Virus record (IMG/VR): IMGVR_UViG_3300032285_000892
Coordinates: 55,149-119,148 of that record
DNA from: a virus
Reading direction: 5' to 3' (one strand)
DNA: 64,000 nt
Position numbers and translations under genes: made by a program
Part shown: positions 21,549 to 33,023 of the stretch, piece after piece
Position numbering within the stretch: the first letter of the stretch is position 1
Layout of the letters: each line of letters begins with the position of its first letter
The notes under the pieces: generated by a model
Databases searched by the model: none
What the model was told of the DNA's origin: nothing
What the model saw: only the letters and a program-made list of their open reading frames with translations

Positions 21549-24500
21549 ATGGACGTATCTTGTTCAACCTTTGAATGTCCCATTATATTAAACTCCCAAT
21601 GCGTATTTTACGAAGGGAGAAATTTAGTATACACAGGTGTTAATACTAATGATAACTTAGAAGTAGTTATACAGAAGATTGATGCAGCGTTTGGTGACGC
21701 TATGGTGGGATATATATTCTACAATGGTGTTGAACAATTAGCACCAGGAGATCCTGTAGGACTTGGTGGATCATTAAGTCATGATACAACAATATCAGGA
21801 AACTATAAATTAACTCTTGAAGGTCCTATACAATCAGCAGCATTTATTACTGCAGGTGGTACAAACCATCAAGTGGTATTAGGAGATGGTACATTAGGTA
21901 ACTTTGATACAGGAACTTCTGGTACTACAGGTACAAGCGGTACAAATGGTACAAGTGGAACAGCTGGTAGTTCAGGTACTTCTGCAACAAGTGGTAGACA
22001 AGGATCATCAGGAACATCTGGTAGTTCAGGATCTACAGGTACAAGTGCTTCTTCAGGTAGAAGTGGAAGCTCTGGAACATCTGGCTCTAGTGCATCATCA
22101 GGATCTAGTGGATCTTCAGGTAGTTCAGGATCTAGTGGATCTAGTGCATCATCTGGTACAAGTGCATCTTCTGGAACATCAGGAAGAACAGGTACTGCAG
22201 GTACTTCAGGATCATCTGGAGCAGCAGGAGATAGATTTAGAACATTCTCAACAGATACTCTTACATTAGGAGACGGTGGTAACTTGACTGTTGAGATAGG
22301 GTTAGCATATACACCTGGTCAGTTATTATTAATTTCACATGATTATAATAACTATCAAGAATGTCAACTTGTTAGTTATGATAGTGCCACTGGGGTGATG
22401 ACATTCTTAGCACCTCAACCAGATAATGTTGTTGGTTCAGGTACATATAGTGTTTGGACTGTTAACTTAGGAGGTGCTGCAGGTGGTGATGGTTCATCAG
22501 GTACTAGTGGATCTTCAGGAAGAGATGGAACTAGTGGTATAAATGGTACTTCAGGAACTAATGGTACAACAGGTACCTCAGGTAGAAGTGGTACTAATGG
22601 AACAACAGGTACAAGTGCTACATCTGGTACTAACGGAACATCTGGAAGAAATGGTACTTCAGGTACAACAGGAACTAGTGGTACTAACGGTACTTCAGGT
22701 ACTTCAGGATCAGCTGGTACTAACGGTACTTCTGCTTCTTCAGGTACTTCTGGTACAAGTGCAAGTTCAGGAACTAATGGTACAGCAGGTACTTCAGGAG
22801 CTAATGGAACAAGTGGTACTAGTGGATCGTCAGGTTCATCTGGTTCGTCAGGGTCTAGTGGATCTTCTGGCTCTAGTGGAAGTTCAGGAATTAGTGGTAA
22901 TGCTGGAACAAGTGGTTCATCAGGAACAAGTGCAAGAAATGGTACATCAGGAATAGATGGTTCATCAGGTGTATCGGGTACATCTGGATTAACAGGAACA
23001 TCAGGAGTATCAGGAACTGATGGTAGTTCTGGTACAAGTTCAACTTCAGGTACAAGTGGATCTTCAGGAACGTCAGGTTCAAATGGAACATCAGGAACTT
23101 CTGCATCTAGTGGTACTTCAGGAGAATCAGGTACTATGGGAACTAGTGGAACTTCTGGATCAAGTGGAAGTTCAGGCTCAAGTGCAACTGCAGGTACTAC
23201 TGGAACTAGTGGTACTACTGGAACTAGTGGTACAAGTGGAGCAGGTGGTGCTACAGGTACAGGAGGTACTTCAGGTACATCTGCCACAAGTGGTATATCA
23301 GGTATATCTGGTGGACAGGTATATTACATGAATCAATCTATCAATACATCATCTGCTTTTGGTAGCCCTACATATAAACAATTAAGTAGCACTCCTTCAG
23401 GAGCCGCACAACAAACTGTCACTACAACAGTACCAAGTAACACAACACAAACATTAGCAACTTTTGCTACAGATAGTAATGTTCCAGGAATTGCATCTCT
23501 CCCTGGTGGTAACTGGGGAGTTACAGCTCACTTCTTATCAAACACTAGTAATTCAGATTGGAACATCTATTATGAAGTATGGAAATACACAGTAGGAGGA
23601 ACATCCACATTATTAGGAACCACTAATGATGTATTGATTACATTAAATACCACTGTAGTTCAACAAGTGTATGCTGATACATTTATACCAGCTCAATCAT
23701 TAAACATAACAGATAGAATTTATGTTAACGTTGTTGCAATCAATTCTAGCAATCAGCCACATACTTTAATATTCTATACAGAGGGTACAAGTTACTATTC
23801 ATACGTACAAACAACATTCAATGCCCCTTCAGGAACATCAGGATCATCTGGTAGTTCTGGAACTTCTAGCACTTCAGGAACCAATGGTACAAGTGGTGTA
23901 AGTGGATCATCAGGTATTTCAGGTACTAATGGTACATCAGCATCTAGTGGTACAACTGGTACATCAGGTACCTCAGCAAGTTCTGGTTCATCAGGATCAT
24001 CAGGATCAAGTGCAACTAGTGGTACATCGGCTACAAGCGGTATATCAGGTGTAGAGGGAACAAGTGGTACATCTGCAAGTTCTGGTACATCAGCATCTTC
24101 AGGTACTTCTGGATCTACAGGTACATCAGGTTCTTCAGGATCAAGTGCAAGTAGTGGAACTAGTGGAACTAGTGGAAGTGATGGATCAAGTGGAGCAAGT
24201 GGTACTTCTGGTTCTTCTGGAACATCATCTACTAGTGGAGCTGATGGTACAAGTGGTACTTCTGGTTCTTCTGGTGTAAGTGGTGGTACAGGATCTACAG
24301 GTACTGCAGGAACCACTGGAACTAGTGGTACAACTGGTACAAGTGGAGTGAGCGGTACTAATGGTACTAGTGGTGCAGGAGGAGCAGGTGGTACTAATGG
24401 TACATCAGCTACTTCAGGTACATCAGCTACTTCAGGTACAAATGGTACCTCAGGTGCTGGTGGTGCAGCAGGAACAAGTGGTACAAATGGAACAACTGGT

Positions 24501-27500
24501 ACTTCAGGTACCAATGGAACTTCTGGAGCAGGCGGTGCAGCAGGAACATCAGGAACTAATGGCACAACTGGTACATCAGGTACTAACGGTACATCTGGTG
24601 CAGGTGGTGCAGCAGGTACCTCAGGTACAAATGGAACAAGTGGTGTTGCTGGAACTAGTGGAACAAATGGTACTTCTGGTGTAGGAGGAGCTGCTGGTAC
24701 ATCAGGTACCTCTGGTACAAACGGTACTAGTGCTACATCAGGTACCAATGGTACATCGGGTGCTGGTGGTGCAGCAGGAACTAGTGGTACAAACGGTACT
24801 AGTGCTACATCAGGTACCAATGGTACATCGGGTGCTGGTGGTGCTGCTGGTACATCTGGTACAAACGGAACTTCAGGTACAAACGGAACTTCAGGTACTG
24901 CAGGTGTAGGTTATGCTAACATTACATCAACAACATCTGCAACACCTGCATCAACTGGTACGATCACTCTAACAACAAATTCTCAGGGAGCATTTGTTAC
25001 AGGAAATAGAGTAAGAGCAGTCAATACTGTATCCAATTTATTTGAGGGTATTGTAACTATTACAGGTGGTACTTCATTTGCTATTGCAGCAGATTATAAC
25101 CTTGGTACAACCACTGCAACCTCTTGGACAATAAGCTTAGCAGGTGTTAGAGGAGTAGCAGGTACTGCAGGAACAAGTGGTACATCTGGTACCAATGGAA
25201 CATCAGGTGCTGGTGGTGCTGCTGGAACTGCTGGAACTAGTGGAACATCTGGTACTAATGGTACATCTGGTGCTGGAGGTGCAGCAGGTACAAGTGGTAC
25301 AAATGGTACTAGTGCTACGTCTGGTACAAACGGAACATCAGGTGCAGGAGGAGCTGCTGGTACCTCTGGTACAAATGGTACAAGTGCCACATCAGGAACC
25401 AATGGTACTTCTGGTGCTGGTGGTGCTGCTGGAACAAGTGGTACATCTGGTACTAATGGAACTTCTGCTTCGTCAGGTACATCAGGTACAAACGGAACGT
25501 CTGGTATAGCAGGTACTTCAGGAACCAATGGTACTTCTGGAATTTCTGGTACATCAGGTGCAGGTGGTGCTACTGGTACTGGTGGTACTGGTGGTACATC
25601 AGGTACAAATGGAACTAGCGGTGCTGGTGGTGCTGCAGGTACTTCAGGAACAAACGGTACATCAGGAATAACTGGTACATCAGGTACCAATGGTACATCG
25701 GGTGCTGGAGGTGCAGCAGGAACTAGTGGTACAAATGGAACATCAGGAGCTGGTGGTACTGGTGGTACTGGCGGAACGTCTGGTACTAATGGTACATCAG
25801 GTGTAGGATATGCTAATATTACATCAACTACATCAGCTACACCAGCCTCAACAGGTACAATAACATTAACTACAAACTCTCAAGGTGCGTTTGTTACAGG
25901 CGATAGAGTGAGAGCTATTAATACAGCAGCTAACTTATTTGAAGGGATTGTTACAATCACAGGTGGTACATCTTTTGCTATTGCTGCTGACTATAATTTA
26001 GGTACTACTACTGCTACATCCTGGACTATTACTTTAGCAGGTGTCAGAGGAATTGCAGGTACTTCAGGTACTGCAGGTACAAATGGTACATCAGGTGTAA
26101 GTGGTACATCTGGTGCAAGTGGTGCTGGTGGAACTGGTGGTACAAATGGTACGTCTGGTACAACAGGAACATCAGGAACAAACGGTACGTCAGGAGCTGG
26201 CGGTGCTGCTGGTACAAGCGGTACAAATGGTACAAGCGGTATTGCTGGTACCTCTGGAACAAGTGGTACATCAGGTGGTGGTGGAGCTGCTGGTACATCA
26301 GGTACAAATGGAACATCAGGAATAACTGGTACATCTGGTACAAACGGAACATCTGGTGCTGGAGGAGCTGCTGGTACAAGTGGAACATCAGCTACTAATG
26401 GAACTTCAGGTACATCAGGTGGTGGTGGAGCAGCAGGTACAAGTGGTACAAACGGTACAACTGGTACTTCAGGTGCTGGTGGTACTGGTGGGACTAGTGG
26501 TACAAGTGCTACAAGTGGTACATCAGGATTTGGTGGAACTGGTGGAACTAATGGTACAAGTGGTACAACAGGAACAAATGGTTCAAATGGTACCTCTGGA
26601 ACTAATGGTACAACAGGTACATCAGGAACTTCAAGTACTAGTGGTACTAATGGTACTTCTGGTGCTGGAGGAGCAACTGGTACTGGTGGTACATCAGGTA
26701 CAAACGGTACTAGTGGTGCAAGTGGTACATCAGGAATTAATGGTACCTCAGGACTTAATGGTACATCAGGAGTTAGTGGAGCACAAGGAACAGGTGGAGC
26801 TAACGGTACATCAGGACTTAGTGGTACCTCAGGAGTCAGTGGTACATCAGGTACAAGTTCTGCTATTAGAACTATACAAGTGTTCACTGCTACATCAGGA
26901 CAAAGTGTATTTACTATTAGTGGTGGATATACTCCTGGTCAGATAGATATGTATGTTAATGGTGTTAAACTGACAGCTGCTGAATATGATGCAACTAGTG
27001 GAACAACAGTAACTATAACAAGTGGTGTGATCCTTAATGATATTGTAGAAGCTTATATGTTCCAATCATTGATTGGATATATGGCTAACACTGCAACATC
27101 AGGTACATCAGGATCTAGTGGTAATGGTACAAACGGAACTTCTGGTACTACTTTTGGTACAGCAGGAACGTCTGGTGTTAGTGGTAATGGTACAGGAGGT
27201 ACTTCAGGTACTAATGGTACATCAGGAGCAAATGGTACCTTTGGAACTAGTGGTACCAATGGTACCAACGGTACAGCTGGAACATCTGGATCTAGTGGTC
27301 TATCTGTAGCATTTGCTGCTGGTGGTGTTACAAGTACAGGTGTATCTACTCTTGTATTCTCTAATGCTAATGGTGTATCATTTGGTATAAACAGTAACAC
27401 TATTACAGCGTCAGCTGCTGGTGGTGGAGCTGGTGTTCAGTCTTATTATGAGAATATGCCAGTACTTCCAGGTACTGCAGTTATACAATTAGCTGGAGCT

Positions 27501-28217
27501 GCCTCTAATTATTTTCAACCATTTAACCTTCCTTACGACGTAAGTGCTTCTTATGTTAGAATGCCTGTGCAGATGTCATTCTCTTCATTGACAGCAGCTA
27601 CTGGTAATAGTACTCTATCTTATGCATATAGTCAATCTCAGACTATGTATTTTAATATTTACACAATGGGTACAGGTGCAAGTTCCGAATCTTTAGGGTT
27701 ATATACTCAAGCTACAGCAAGTATGGCATATGCTTTTAGTTTAAGTTATAATGCAACCAATGCTCAGACAATAAGACATAGTTTAAGTTATCCTGTTATT
27801 GGAGGATCTGCAACAGCATCTGCAAGTACACAATCTGCTACAGCTCAAATGTATATGGGAACTGGAGATTTAACTGCATTTTCTGGATTTAAACATTTTG
27901 ATATTCCTTTTGCTGCATCATTGCCATTAGGAGATTATTGGATGGGTATTCAAAGAAGTACACAATCATCTGCATCTACACAAGTAAGTTCTGCTGTAAG
28001 TGCTGCTACTTTCCAATTTTTCAACATAGGTGTATCTCAACAGAATGCTGCGTATAACTTAATGGGTACAACTGCTTCTACTAACCCAATTCAGTTAGGA
28101 GTAGGAGTTTATTCAGCAAGTGCTGTAGGTGCAACAAGTGCTTCAGTAGGTTTAAGTCAAATATCAACAGCAGCATCTAACTTAAGATTCCCTTTCCAGT
28201 TAATAAGACTAGCATAA
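21549..28217 (+). CDS. Collagen-like (Gly-X-Y, essentially Pro-free, Thr/Ser/Asn-rich) tail fibre/appendage protein with interspersed globular domains
   Basis: 2222 aa. Six blocks of GTS/GTN/GSS/GAG/ATS triplets with Gly (sometimes Ala) every third residue, separated by beta-rich domains. Cys-containing N-terminal anchor ([15 protein letters not shown]) and distinct C-terminal domain. Confidence 0.8.
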   Translation: MDVSCSTFECPIILNSQCVFYEGRNLVYTGVNTNDNLEVVIQKIDAAFGDAMVGYIFYNGVEQLAPGDPVGLGGSLSHDTTISGNYKLTLEGPIQSAAFITAGGTNHQVVLGDGTLGNFDTGTSGTTGTSGTNGTSGTAGSSGTSATSGRQGSSGTSGSSGSTGTSASSGRSGSSGTSGSSASSGSSGSSGSSGSSGSSASSGTSASSGTSGRTGTAGTSGSSGAAGDRFRTFSTDTLTLGDGGNLTVEIGLAYTPGQLLLISHDYNNYQECQLVSYDSATGVMTFLAPQPDNVVGSGTYSVWTVNLGGAAGGDGSSGTSGSSGRDGTSGINGTSGTNGTTGTSGRSGTNGTTGTSATSGTNGTSGRNGTSGTTGTSGTNGTSGTSGSAGTNGTSASSGTSGTSASSGTNGTAGTSGANGTSGTSGSSGSSGSSGSSGSSGSSGSSGISGNAGTSGSSGTSARNGTSGIDGSSGVSGTSGLTGTSGVSGTDGSSGTSSTSGTSGSSGTSGSNGTSGTSASSGTSGESGTMGTSGTSGSSGSSGSSATAGTTGTSGTTGTSGTSGAGGATGTGGTSGTSATSGISGISGGQVYYMNQSINTSSAFGSPTYKQLSSTPSGAAQQTVTTTVPSNTTQTLATFATDSNVPGIASLPGGNWGVTAHFLSNTSNSDWNIYYEVWKYTVGGTSTLLGTTNDVLITLNTTVVQQVYADTFIPAQSLNITDRIYVNVVAINSSNQPHTLIFYTEGTSYYSYVQTTFNAPSGTSGSSGSSGTSSTSGTNGTSGVSGSSGISGTNGTSASSGTTGTSGTSASSGSSGSSGSSATSGTSATSGISGVEGTSGTSASSGTSASSGTSGSTGTSGSSGSSASSGTSGTSGSDGSSGASGTSGSSGTSSTSGADGTSGTSGSSGVSGGTGSTGTAGTTGTSGTTGTSGVSGTNGTSGAGGAGGTNGTSATSGTSATSGTNGTSGAGGAAGTSGTNGTTGTSGTNGTSGAGGAAGTSGTNGTTGTSGTNGTSGAGGAAGTSGTNGTSGVAGTSGTNGTSGVGGAAGTSGTSGTNGTSATSGTNGTSGAGGAAGTSGTNGTSATSGTNGTSGAGGAAGTSGTNGTSGTNGTSGTAGVGYANITSTTSATPASTGTITLTTNSQGAFVTGNRVRAVNTVSNLFEGIVTITGGTSFAIAADYNLGTTTATSWTISLAGVRGVAGTAGTSGTSGTNGTSGAGGAAGTAGTSGTSGTNGTSGAGGAAGTSGTNGTSATSGTNGTSGAGGAAGTSGTNGTSATSGTNGTSGAGGAAGTSGTSGTNGTSASSGTSGTNGTSGIAGTSGTNGTSGISGTSGAGGATGTGGTGGTSGTNGTSGAGGAAGTSGTNGTSGITGTSGTNGTSGAGGAAGTSGTNGTSGAGGTGGTGGTSGTNGTSGVGYANITSTTSATPASTGTITLTTNSQGAFVTGDRVRAINTAANLFEGIVTITGGTSFAIAADYNLGTTTATSWTITLAGVRGIAGTSGTAGTNGTSGVSGTSGASGAGGTGGTNGTSGTTGTSGTNGTSGAGGAAGTSGTNGTSGIAGTSGTSGTSGGGGAAGTSGTNGTSGITGTSGTNGTSGAGGAAGTSGTSATNGTSGTSGGGGAAGTSGTNGTTGTSGAGGTGGTSGTSATSGTSGFGGTGGTNGTSGTTGTNGSNGTSGTNGTTGTSGTSSTSGTNGTSGAGGATGTGGTSGTNGTSGASGTSGINGTSGLNGTSGVSGAQGTGGANGTSGLSGTSGVSGTSGTSSAIRTIQVFTATSGQSVFTISGGYTPGQIDMYVNGVKLTAAEYDATSGTTVTITSGVILNDIVEAYMFQSLIGYMANTATSGTSGSSGNGTNGTSGTTFGTAGTSGVSGNGTGGTSGTNGTSGANGTFGTSGTNGTNGTAGTSGSSGLSVAFAAGGVTSTGVSTLVFSNANGVSFGINSNTITASAAGGGAGVQSYYENMPVLPGTAVIQLAGAASNYFQPFNLPYDVSASYVRMPVQMSFSSLTAATGNSTLSYAYSQSQTMYFNIYTMGTGASSESLGLYTQATASMAYAFSLSYNATNAQTIRHSLSYPVIGGSATASASTQSATAQMYMGTGDLTAFSGFKHFDIPFAASLPLGDYWMGIQRSTQSSASTQVSSAVSAATFQFFNIGVSQQNAAYNLMGTTASTNPIQLGVGVYSASAVGATSASVGLSQISTAASNLRFPFQLIRLA
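24713..24844 (+). repeat. Perfect 60-nt direct repeat, 72-nt period, in the fibre gene
   Basis: tggtacaaacggtactagtgctacatcaggtaccaatggtacatcgggtgctggtggtgc at 24713-24772 and 24785-24844; an 18-nt tandem repeat follows at 24858-24893. Confidence 0.9.
24903..26051 (+). repeat. Duplicated 84-aa globular domain in the fibre (24903-25154 and 25800-26051)
   Basis: 79/84 aa identical; DNA differs mostly at synonymous positions. Confidence 0.9.
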
Positions 28218-28269
28218 TATTATTTGAATAATTGGAAACAATTGTCTATCTTAGTTGCAAACTAAATAT

Positions 28270-28992
28270 ATGAGTGATATAAAGCCACAAATTGTAATGC
28301 ATGGGTTCGAAGGTTTTCACAACGAACAACGTTATGAAGACCTTGCCCAAAAGAATGTTTACAGGGACTTATCTACAATCTGTATTGTACCAACCAGAGG
28401 AATGATTTCTGCTAAGGTGGTTCAATCGTGGATGGGACTAATGTCATCAATGAACCAAAAGTTCATAAGGATGTTTGCAATCGGTATGGAAGTGGGTGCT
28501 GCCTATAGTCAAACTATAGAACAGATACTTCTACATCCAGAACTTTCTAAATGGAAATACATCTTGACTCTAGAGGAAGACAATTGTCCTCCACCAGATG
28601 GATTGATTAAGTTGTATGAACATATGGATGAGTATGATGCCATTGGTGGATTGTATTGGACTAAAGGTATAGAAGGTAAACCAATGTGTTACGGAAATCC
28701 TAAAGTGTTTCCAGTAAACTTTGTGCCATTTATGCCTGATCCTGATACGGTTACAAGATGTAACGGATTAGGAATGGGTTTTACTCTATTCAAACTAGAT
28801 ATGTTTAAGAACCCTAAGATGCCTAAACCTTTCTTTGAAACAGTTCAAAGATATACAGAAGGTAAAGGAGTGGAAGGATACACACAGGACCTAAAGTTCT
28901 TTGAAGAGGCAGGTAAACTTGGATATAAGTTTGCATGTGACTCAAGAGTAAAGGTAGGTCACTATGATGTGAATGAAGATCAAATGTGGTAA
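28270..28992 (+). CDS. GT-A fold glycosyltransferase (GT2-like)
   Basis: ICIVPTRG, YILTLEED (DxD-like), GMGFTL, TQDLKFF..GYKF..D..VKVGH. ATG 28270 preferred over TTG 28255. Confidence 0.7.
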   Translation: MSDIKPQIVMHGFEGFHNEQRYEDLAQKNVYRDLSTICIVPTRGMISAKVVQSWMGLMSSMNQKFIRMFAIGMEVGAAYSQTIEQILLHPELSKWKYILTLEEDNCPPPDGLIKLYEHMDEYDAIGGLYWTKGIEGKPMCYGNPKVFPVNFVPFMPDPDTVTRCNGLGMGFTLFKLDMFKNPKMPKPFFETVQRYTEGKGVEGYTQDLKFFEEAGKLGYKFACDSRVKVGHYDVNEDQMW

Positions 28993-29010
28993 ACCAACAA
29001 ATATAAACCA

Positions 29011-29586
29011 ATGAATGAACAATTAGAAGAAGTTATTGCAGTTGATTTAGGCTGCGGACAAAACAAAGCAACTATAGAGTTCTTTACAAACAATATGCAA
29101 GTCACTCCCACTAAAGTGATTGGTTTGGATATAGCTAACTGTGAAGGCGTAGATATTGTACACGACTTAACTGTATTTCCATATCCTATTGAGGATGAAT
29201 CAGTTGACGCAATACATACATCTCATTTCATAGAACACTTAGATGGGTTTGAGAGAATGAAGTTCTTTGATGAGTGCTATAGGATATTGAAGAAAGGCGG
29301 AAAGATTAGAGCTATCCATCCTTATTACAAATCTGTAAGAGCTATTCAAGATCCCACACATAAGTTTCCACCTATTGGTGAGACATCTTATTTGTATTGG
29401 GATAAGAATTGGAGAGAAGTCAACAAGCTTGACCATTATCCTATTAAGTGTGACTTTGAATTTAATATTTTTTATACTTGGCAAGACCCAAGTATACCAA
29501 ACAAGAATGAAGAAACAAGGAATTTCAGTATTGATAAATACTGGAATGTTGTGGCTGATATGATTGTCGATTTAAAGAAACGATAA
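29011..29586 (+). CDS. Class I SAM-dependent methyltransferase
   Basis: VDLGCGQ motif I; YPIEDESVDAIHTSHFIEHL; ECYRILKKGG. Confidence 0.85.
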   Translation: MNEQLEEVIAVDLGCGQNKATIEFFTNNMQVTPTKVIGLDIANCEGVDIVHDLTVFPYPIEDESVDAIHTSHFIEHLDGFERMKFFDECYRILKKGGKIRAIHPYYKSVRAIQDPTHKFPPIGETSYLYWDKNWREVNKLDHYPIKCDFEFNIFYTWQDPSIPNKNEETRNFSIDKYWNVVADMIVDLKKR

Positions 29587-29619
29587 TAAGATTACCAGAA
29601 ACAGATATAATTTTAGAAC

Positions 29620-32367
29620 ATGACTAAGAATAAAGATTTAGCGGAATTAATCAATTACGTTACAGTTGATACCTCAGCTGGTACTCAGGTACAGTTGGCA
29701 GGTAGTGTAAAGCAAACATCTGTAACCTCTGCTATGTTAAAAGCAAACTCTACAGGAGTACTTGTAGCTGCTACTGCTGGTACAGATTATCTTACGTCTG
29801 TTGGTATATCTAATTTAACTGCTACAGGAACTCCTTCTTCCACCACATATCTTCGTGGTGACAACACATGGGCTTCAGTATCTGGTGCTAGTGGTGTTAC
29901 ACTAGATACAGTTCAAACCATCACTGCACAAAAAACATTTCAAAGTCCAAGTGATGCTCCAGTTGCTGCAGGTGCTGAATTATTATCTACTGCTACTGCA
30001 GCTACAGGATGGACTGGAACAGCCTGGGCTACTGGTTTTACACACTCATCAGGAACAACAGTACAAACATTAAACTTTACACCAAGTACACTAACTGTTT
30101 ATAAAGTTGTTATAACCTGTAGTGGTTATAGTGGTAGTGGTACATGTCAAGTGAACGTAGGTAGTTTAGTTACAACTATAAGTGGAAATGGAACTACTAC
30201 CATATATCATTATCCAACAGCAACTACAACAAACAACTTAACTCCTACTACTGCTTTTGTAGGTACGATTGTATTAAGTATCAAGGTTGCTACAGCAAGT
30301 GTCCCTCCTGTCATTGTATCAAACTTAGCAAGTACAAGTCTAATTGAATTCAGAAATGCAAGAAGTCAAGGTGGATCAAATAGTATGTACATTGGATACA
30401 ACAGTGGTGCATTTGGCTATCAAGCTGGTACCAATATTGGAATTGGTGAATCCTCGTTATACAATAACATTAGTGGAACCTTTAATATTGCAATAGGTGA
30501 AAGAGCGTTGTATGGGGGACAAGGCGGTGTAACACAACAATACAATACTGCTATTGGATACTATTCACTGACGGCTTCTATTTCAGCAGCTAACTCTGTT
30601 GCTATTGGAGCTAATAGTATGCAAACTATAACAACAGGAAGTTTTAATGTAGGCATAGGTTCATTAGTAATGCAAAATGCAAATAGTACATCTAATAATG
30701 TTGCTATAGGATATTATGCATTTGCAAATAATACAAGTGGAGGAAACAACACTGCAATTGGTTTTCAAGCTGGATCTTATATATCAGGAGGTGTTACTGT
30801 TGCTGCAACTAATACTAACTCGATATATATTGGATATGCTGCGTATCCTCTTGCAAGTGGGCAGACTAATCAAATTGTAATTGGAACAAGTGCAGTGGGG
30901 CTAGGTTCTAATACAACCGTACTTGGAAATAGTTCTACTGTTGATACAGCAATTTACGGTAACCTTCTTTTAGGTAGTACCACTACAGGAGCATCATATA
31001 AGTTGAATGTAACTGGACAATCAATTGTTAGAGGAAATTCATCAGGAGAAACTCCTACAGTAACAAATACAGTAGCAACTGGTTGGGCGACAGGGGTTAC
31101 TGGTTGGACAGGCACTTATCCAAACTGGACAGTTGCAATTAGTGCAGGTACAATGACTAATAGTACCGTTGCAACAGTTGATGTACTTTATACAGTAGTT
31201 GTTACAGCAACGGTCACTAGTACTCCAAAAAGTATGGATATTATTATTGGTGGTAATGTATTAACACTTAATTTTCCAGTAGGAACATCCACTCAATATG
31301 CTGGTGCAATTGCAATTGCTGCTGGTACATTATCTATTATTACCAATGGAACTTTTAGTGGAACAATTTCTGCTTTTACTGTAGGAGCAAGAAGTAATAC
31401 ATTGAGTCCTATTATATCATTTACTTCTTCAGCAGGATTAAATCCTATTGAAATAAGAACAGATGCAGCAAGTGCTGCAGACAATATAGCAATAGGATAT
31501 CAAGCAGGACAAACGATTCTGACTGCTAATCAAACTGTTGCATTAGGATCATATGCTTTATCATCAAATCAGATTGCAGACGGATGTACTGCAATTGGAT
31601 ATGGTTCTCAACAATCTAATACTGGTGGAATTTATAATACTTCATTAGGAGCAATTGCATTACAATCAAATATTCAAGGTCGTGAAAATACTGCAATTGG
31701 ATGGAGTGCTGGAACTACTACAAAAGGAAATTATGGTACTTTTGTTGGAAGTCAAGCAGGATATTATATAAATACTGGAGATTATAATACTGCTGTTGGA
31801 AATCAAGCTATGCTTGGAGATACAATAACATCTGTTACAGGACTACATAATACTAGTATTGGAGCTTTTTCATTAACTGCTATTACAACAGCTTCATATA
31901 ATACAGTTTCTGGATCTAGTGCACTTCAAAATCTTGTTACTGGAGACAATAATATTGGAATAGGATATCTAGCAGGTTCACTTACCTCTGGTTCAGCAGC
32001 TAATGTAACAAATGCTAGTAATTCTATTTTTATTGGATGGAGTGCATTTCCTCTTGGAAACTCACAAACTAACCAAATTGTTATTGGATATGGTAGTGTT
32101 GGACTTGGTTCTAACACAACTGTAATTGGTAATAGTTCAACTACGTTAGCGTTGATTTATGGAGTACATATAATTGGAGGAACAAGTGCTAATGCAGCAG
32201 CACAATTACAGATTGACTCTACAACTAAGGGTGTGCTATTCCCAAGAATGACTACCACACAAAAGAATGCTATTGGAACACCTCCTGCTGGATTAGTTAT
32301 TTATGACACAACATTAAACAAGCTTTGTGTATATACAACTGCTTGGCAAACTATAACATCAGCATAA
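29620..32367 (+). CDS. Tail fibre/adhesin-like protein with N(T/I/V)AIG beta-helix repeats
   Basis: 915 aa. TTYLRGDNTW motif; two [Trp-containing beta module + NxAIG repeats] units; C-terminal DSTTKGVLFPRMTT..AGLVIYDT domain typical of Bacteroidota/phage fibres. Confidence 0.7.
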   Translation: MTKNKDLAELINYVTVDTSAGTQVQLAGSVKQTSVTSAMLKANSTGVLVAATAGTDYLTSVGISNLTATGTPSSTTYLRGDNTWASVSGASGVTLDTVQTITAQKTFQSPSDAPVAAGAELLSTATAATGWTGTAWATGFTHSSGTTVQTLNFTPSTLTVYKVVITCSGYSGSGTCQVNVGSLVTTISGNGTTTIYHYPTATTTNNLTPTTAFVGTIVLSIKVATASVPPVIVSNLASTSLIEFRNARSQGGSNSMYIGYNSGAFGYQAGTNIGIGESSLYNNISGTFNIAIGERALYGGQGGVTQQYNTAIGYYSLTASISAANSVAIGANSMQTITTGSFNVGIGSLVMQNANSTSNNVAIGYYAFANNTSGGNNTAIGFQAGSYISGGVTVAATNTNSIYIGYAAYPLASGQTNQIVIGTSAVGLGSNTTVLGNSSTVDTAIYGNLLLGSTTTGASYKLNVTGQSIVRGNSSGETPTVTNTVATGWATGVTGWTGTYPNWTVAISAGTMTNSTVATVDVLYTVVVTATVTSTPKSMDIIIGGNVLTLNFPVGTSTQYAGAIAIAAGTLSIITNGTFSGTISAFTVGARSNTLSPIISFTSSAGLNPIEIRTDAASAADNIAIGYQAGQTILTANQTVALGSYALSSNQIADGCTAIGYGSQQSNTGGIYNTSLGAIALQSNIQGRENTAIGWSAGTTTKGNYGTFVGSQAGYYINTGDYNTAVGNQAMLGDTITSVTGLHNTSIGAFSLTAITTASYNTVSGSSALQNLVTGDNNIGIGYLAGSLTSGSAANVTNASNSIFIGWSAFPLGNSQTNQIVIGYGSVGLGSNTTVIGNSSTTLALIYGVHIIGGTSANAAAQLQIDSTTKGVLFPRMTTTQKNAIGTPPAGLVIYDTTLNKLCVYTTAWQTITSA

Positions 32368-32382
32368 TAAATAATAAATAAT

Positions 32383-32697
32383 ATGAATACTTACGAATGG
32401 ATTATTTCAAAATTAGAAGTTATGCCTCAAGTTGGTAGTATAAATGATTATGTTGTTCGTTGCCATTGGAAATATGTAGCAACAGATGGTACAATAACAA
32501 AAGAAGAATATGGGTTGCAAGCATTTGAACCAGACCCTGCTCAACAAAATTATGTTCCATATGAGTCTTTAACAAAAGAAGTTGTAGAGGGATGGTTAAA
32601 TAGTTCTATAAATGTAGAAGCAATGAAAGCATCATTAGATGGTAAGATTCAAGATGAATTACAACCATCTATTGTTAGTTTACCTATTCCTTGGTAA
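32383..32697 (+). CDS. Conserved small phage protein following fibre genes (fibre assembly-like)
   Basis: 104 aa; YEWII..VVRCHW...YVPYESLTKE.VEGW...LPIPW. Confidence 0.5.
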   Translation: MNTYEWIISKLEVMPQVGSINDYVVRCHWKYVATDGTITKEEYGLQAFEPDPAQQNYVPYESLTKEVVEGWLNSSINVEAMKASLDGKIQDELQPSIVSLPIPW

Positions 32698-32701
32698 CGT
32701 A

Positions 32702-32732
32702 TTGCAAATATTTAAAACATTATATACATTTG
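32702..32732 (+). promoter_or_regulatory. Bacteroidota-type promoter
   Basis: TTG(32702-04)-N20-TACATTTG(32725-32); ATG at 32754. Confidence 0.55.
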
Positions 32733-32753
32733 CATAAACTAACAGACATTATT

Positions 32754-33023
32754 ATGAAATTAAATTTTAACTTCAACTTGGTTAACCTAGATGGTATAGA
32801 GATCGAGAATGCTAATGCAGGAAAAGTATTAGCAAACGCACTAGTTCAACAACCTAAAGGAGATGCTCTTAAAATATGGGAAATATCATTAGCTCTCAAC
32901 AAGGGAGAGATTGTTGATTTAGATTCTTCTGATCAAGAACTTATTAAAAACTTCATTAGAGAGACTGACGCAATTAATATTATTGCTAAGGGTCAAATCC
33001 TAACTGTTTTTAATAAAGGGTAG
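32754..33023 (+). CDS. Hypothetical protein (89 aa)
   Basis: Likely start ATG 32754 (MKLNFNFNLVNLDG...) after a promoter; its 3' end overlaps the convergent gene by 24 nt. Confidence 0.65.
   Translation: MKLNFNFNLVNLDGIEIENANAGKVLANALVQQPKGDALKIWEISLALNKGEIVDLDSSDQELIKNFIRETDAINIIAKGQILTVFNKG

Noticed and set aside
24903-26051. Duplicated domain as a DGR template/variable repeat pair
   Set aside because: Differences are synonymous and involve all bases rather than adenine-specific; no reverse transcriptase in the window.
21900-27300. CRISPR-like periodic repeats
   Set aside because: Degenerate in-frame coding repeats with no constant repeat/unique spacer structure.
22415-27400. Long antisense ORFs (VPLVPEVP...) and off-frame sense ORFs (VLQVQ...) over the fibre gene, and 43283-43591
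   Set aside because: Shadow frames of GGT/ACN/TCN triplet repeats, which lack stops; no start context.
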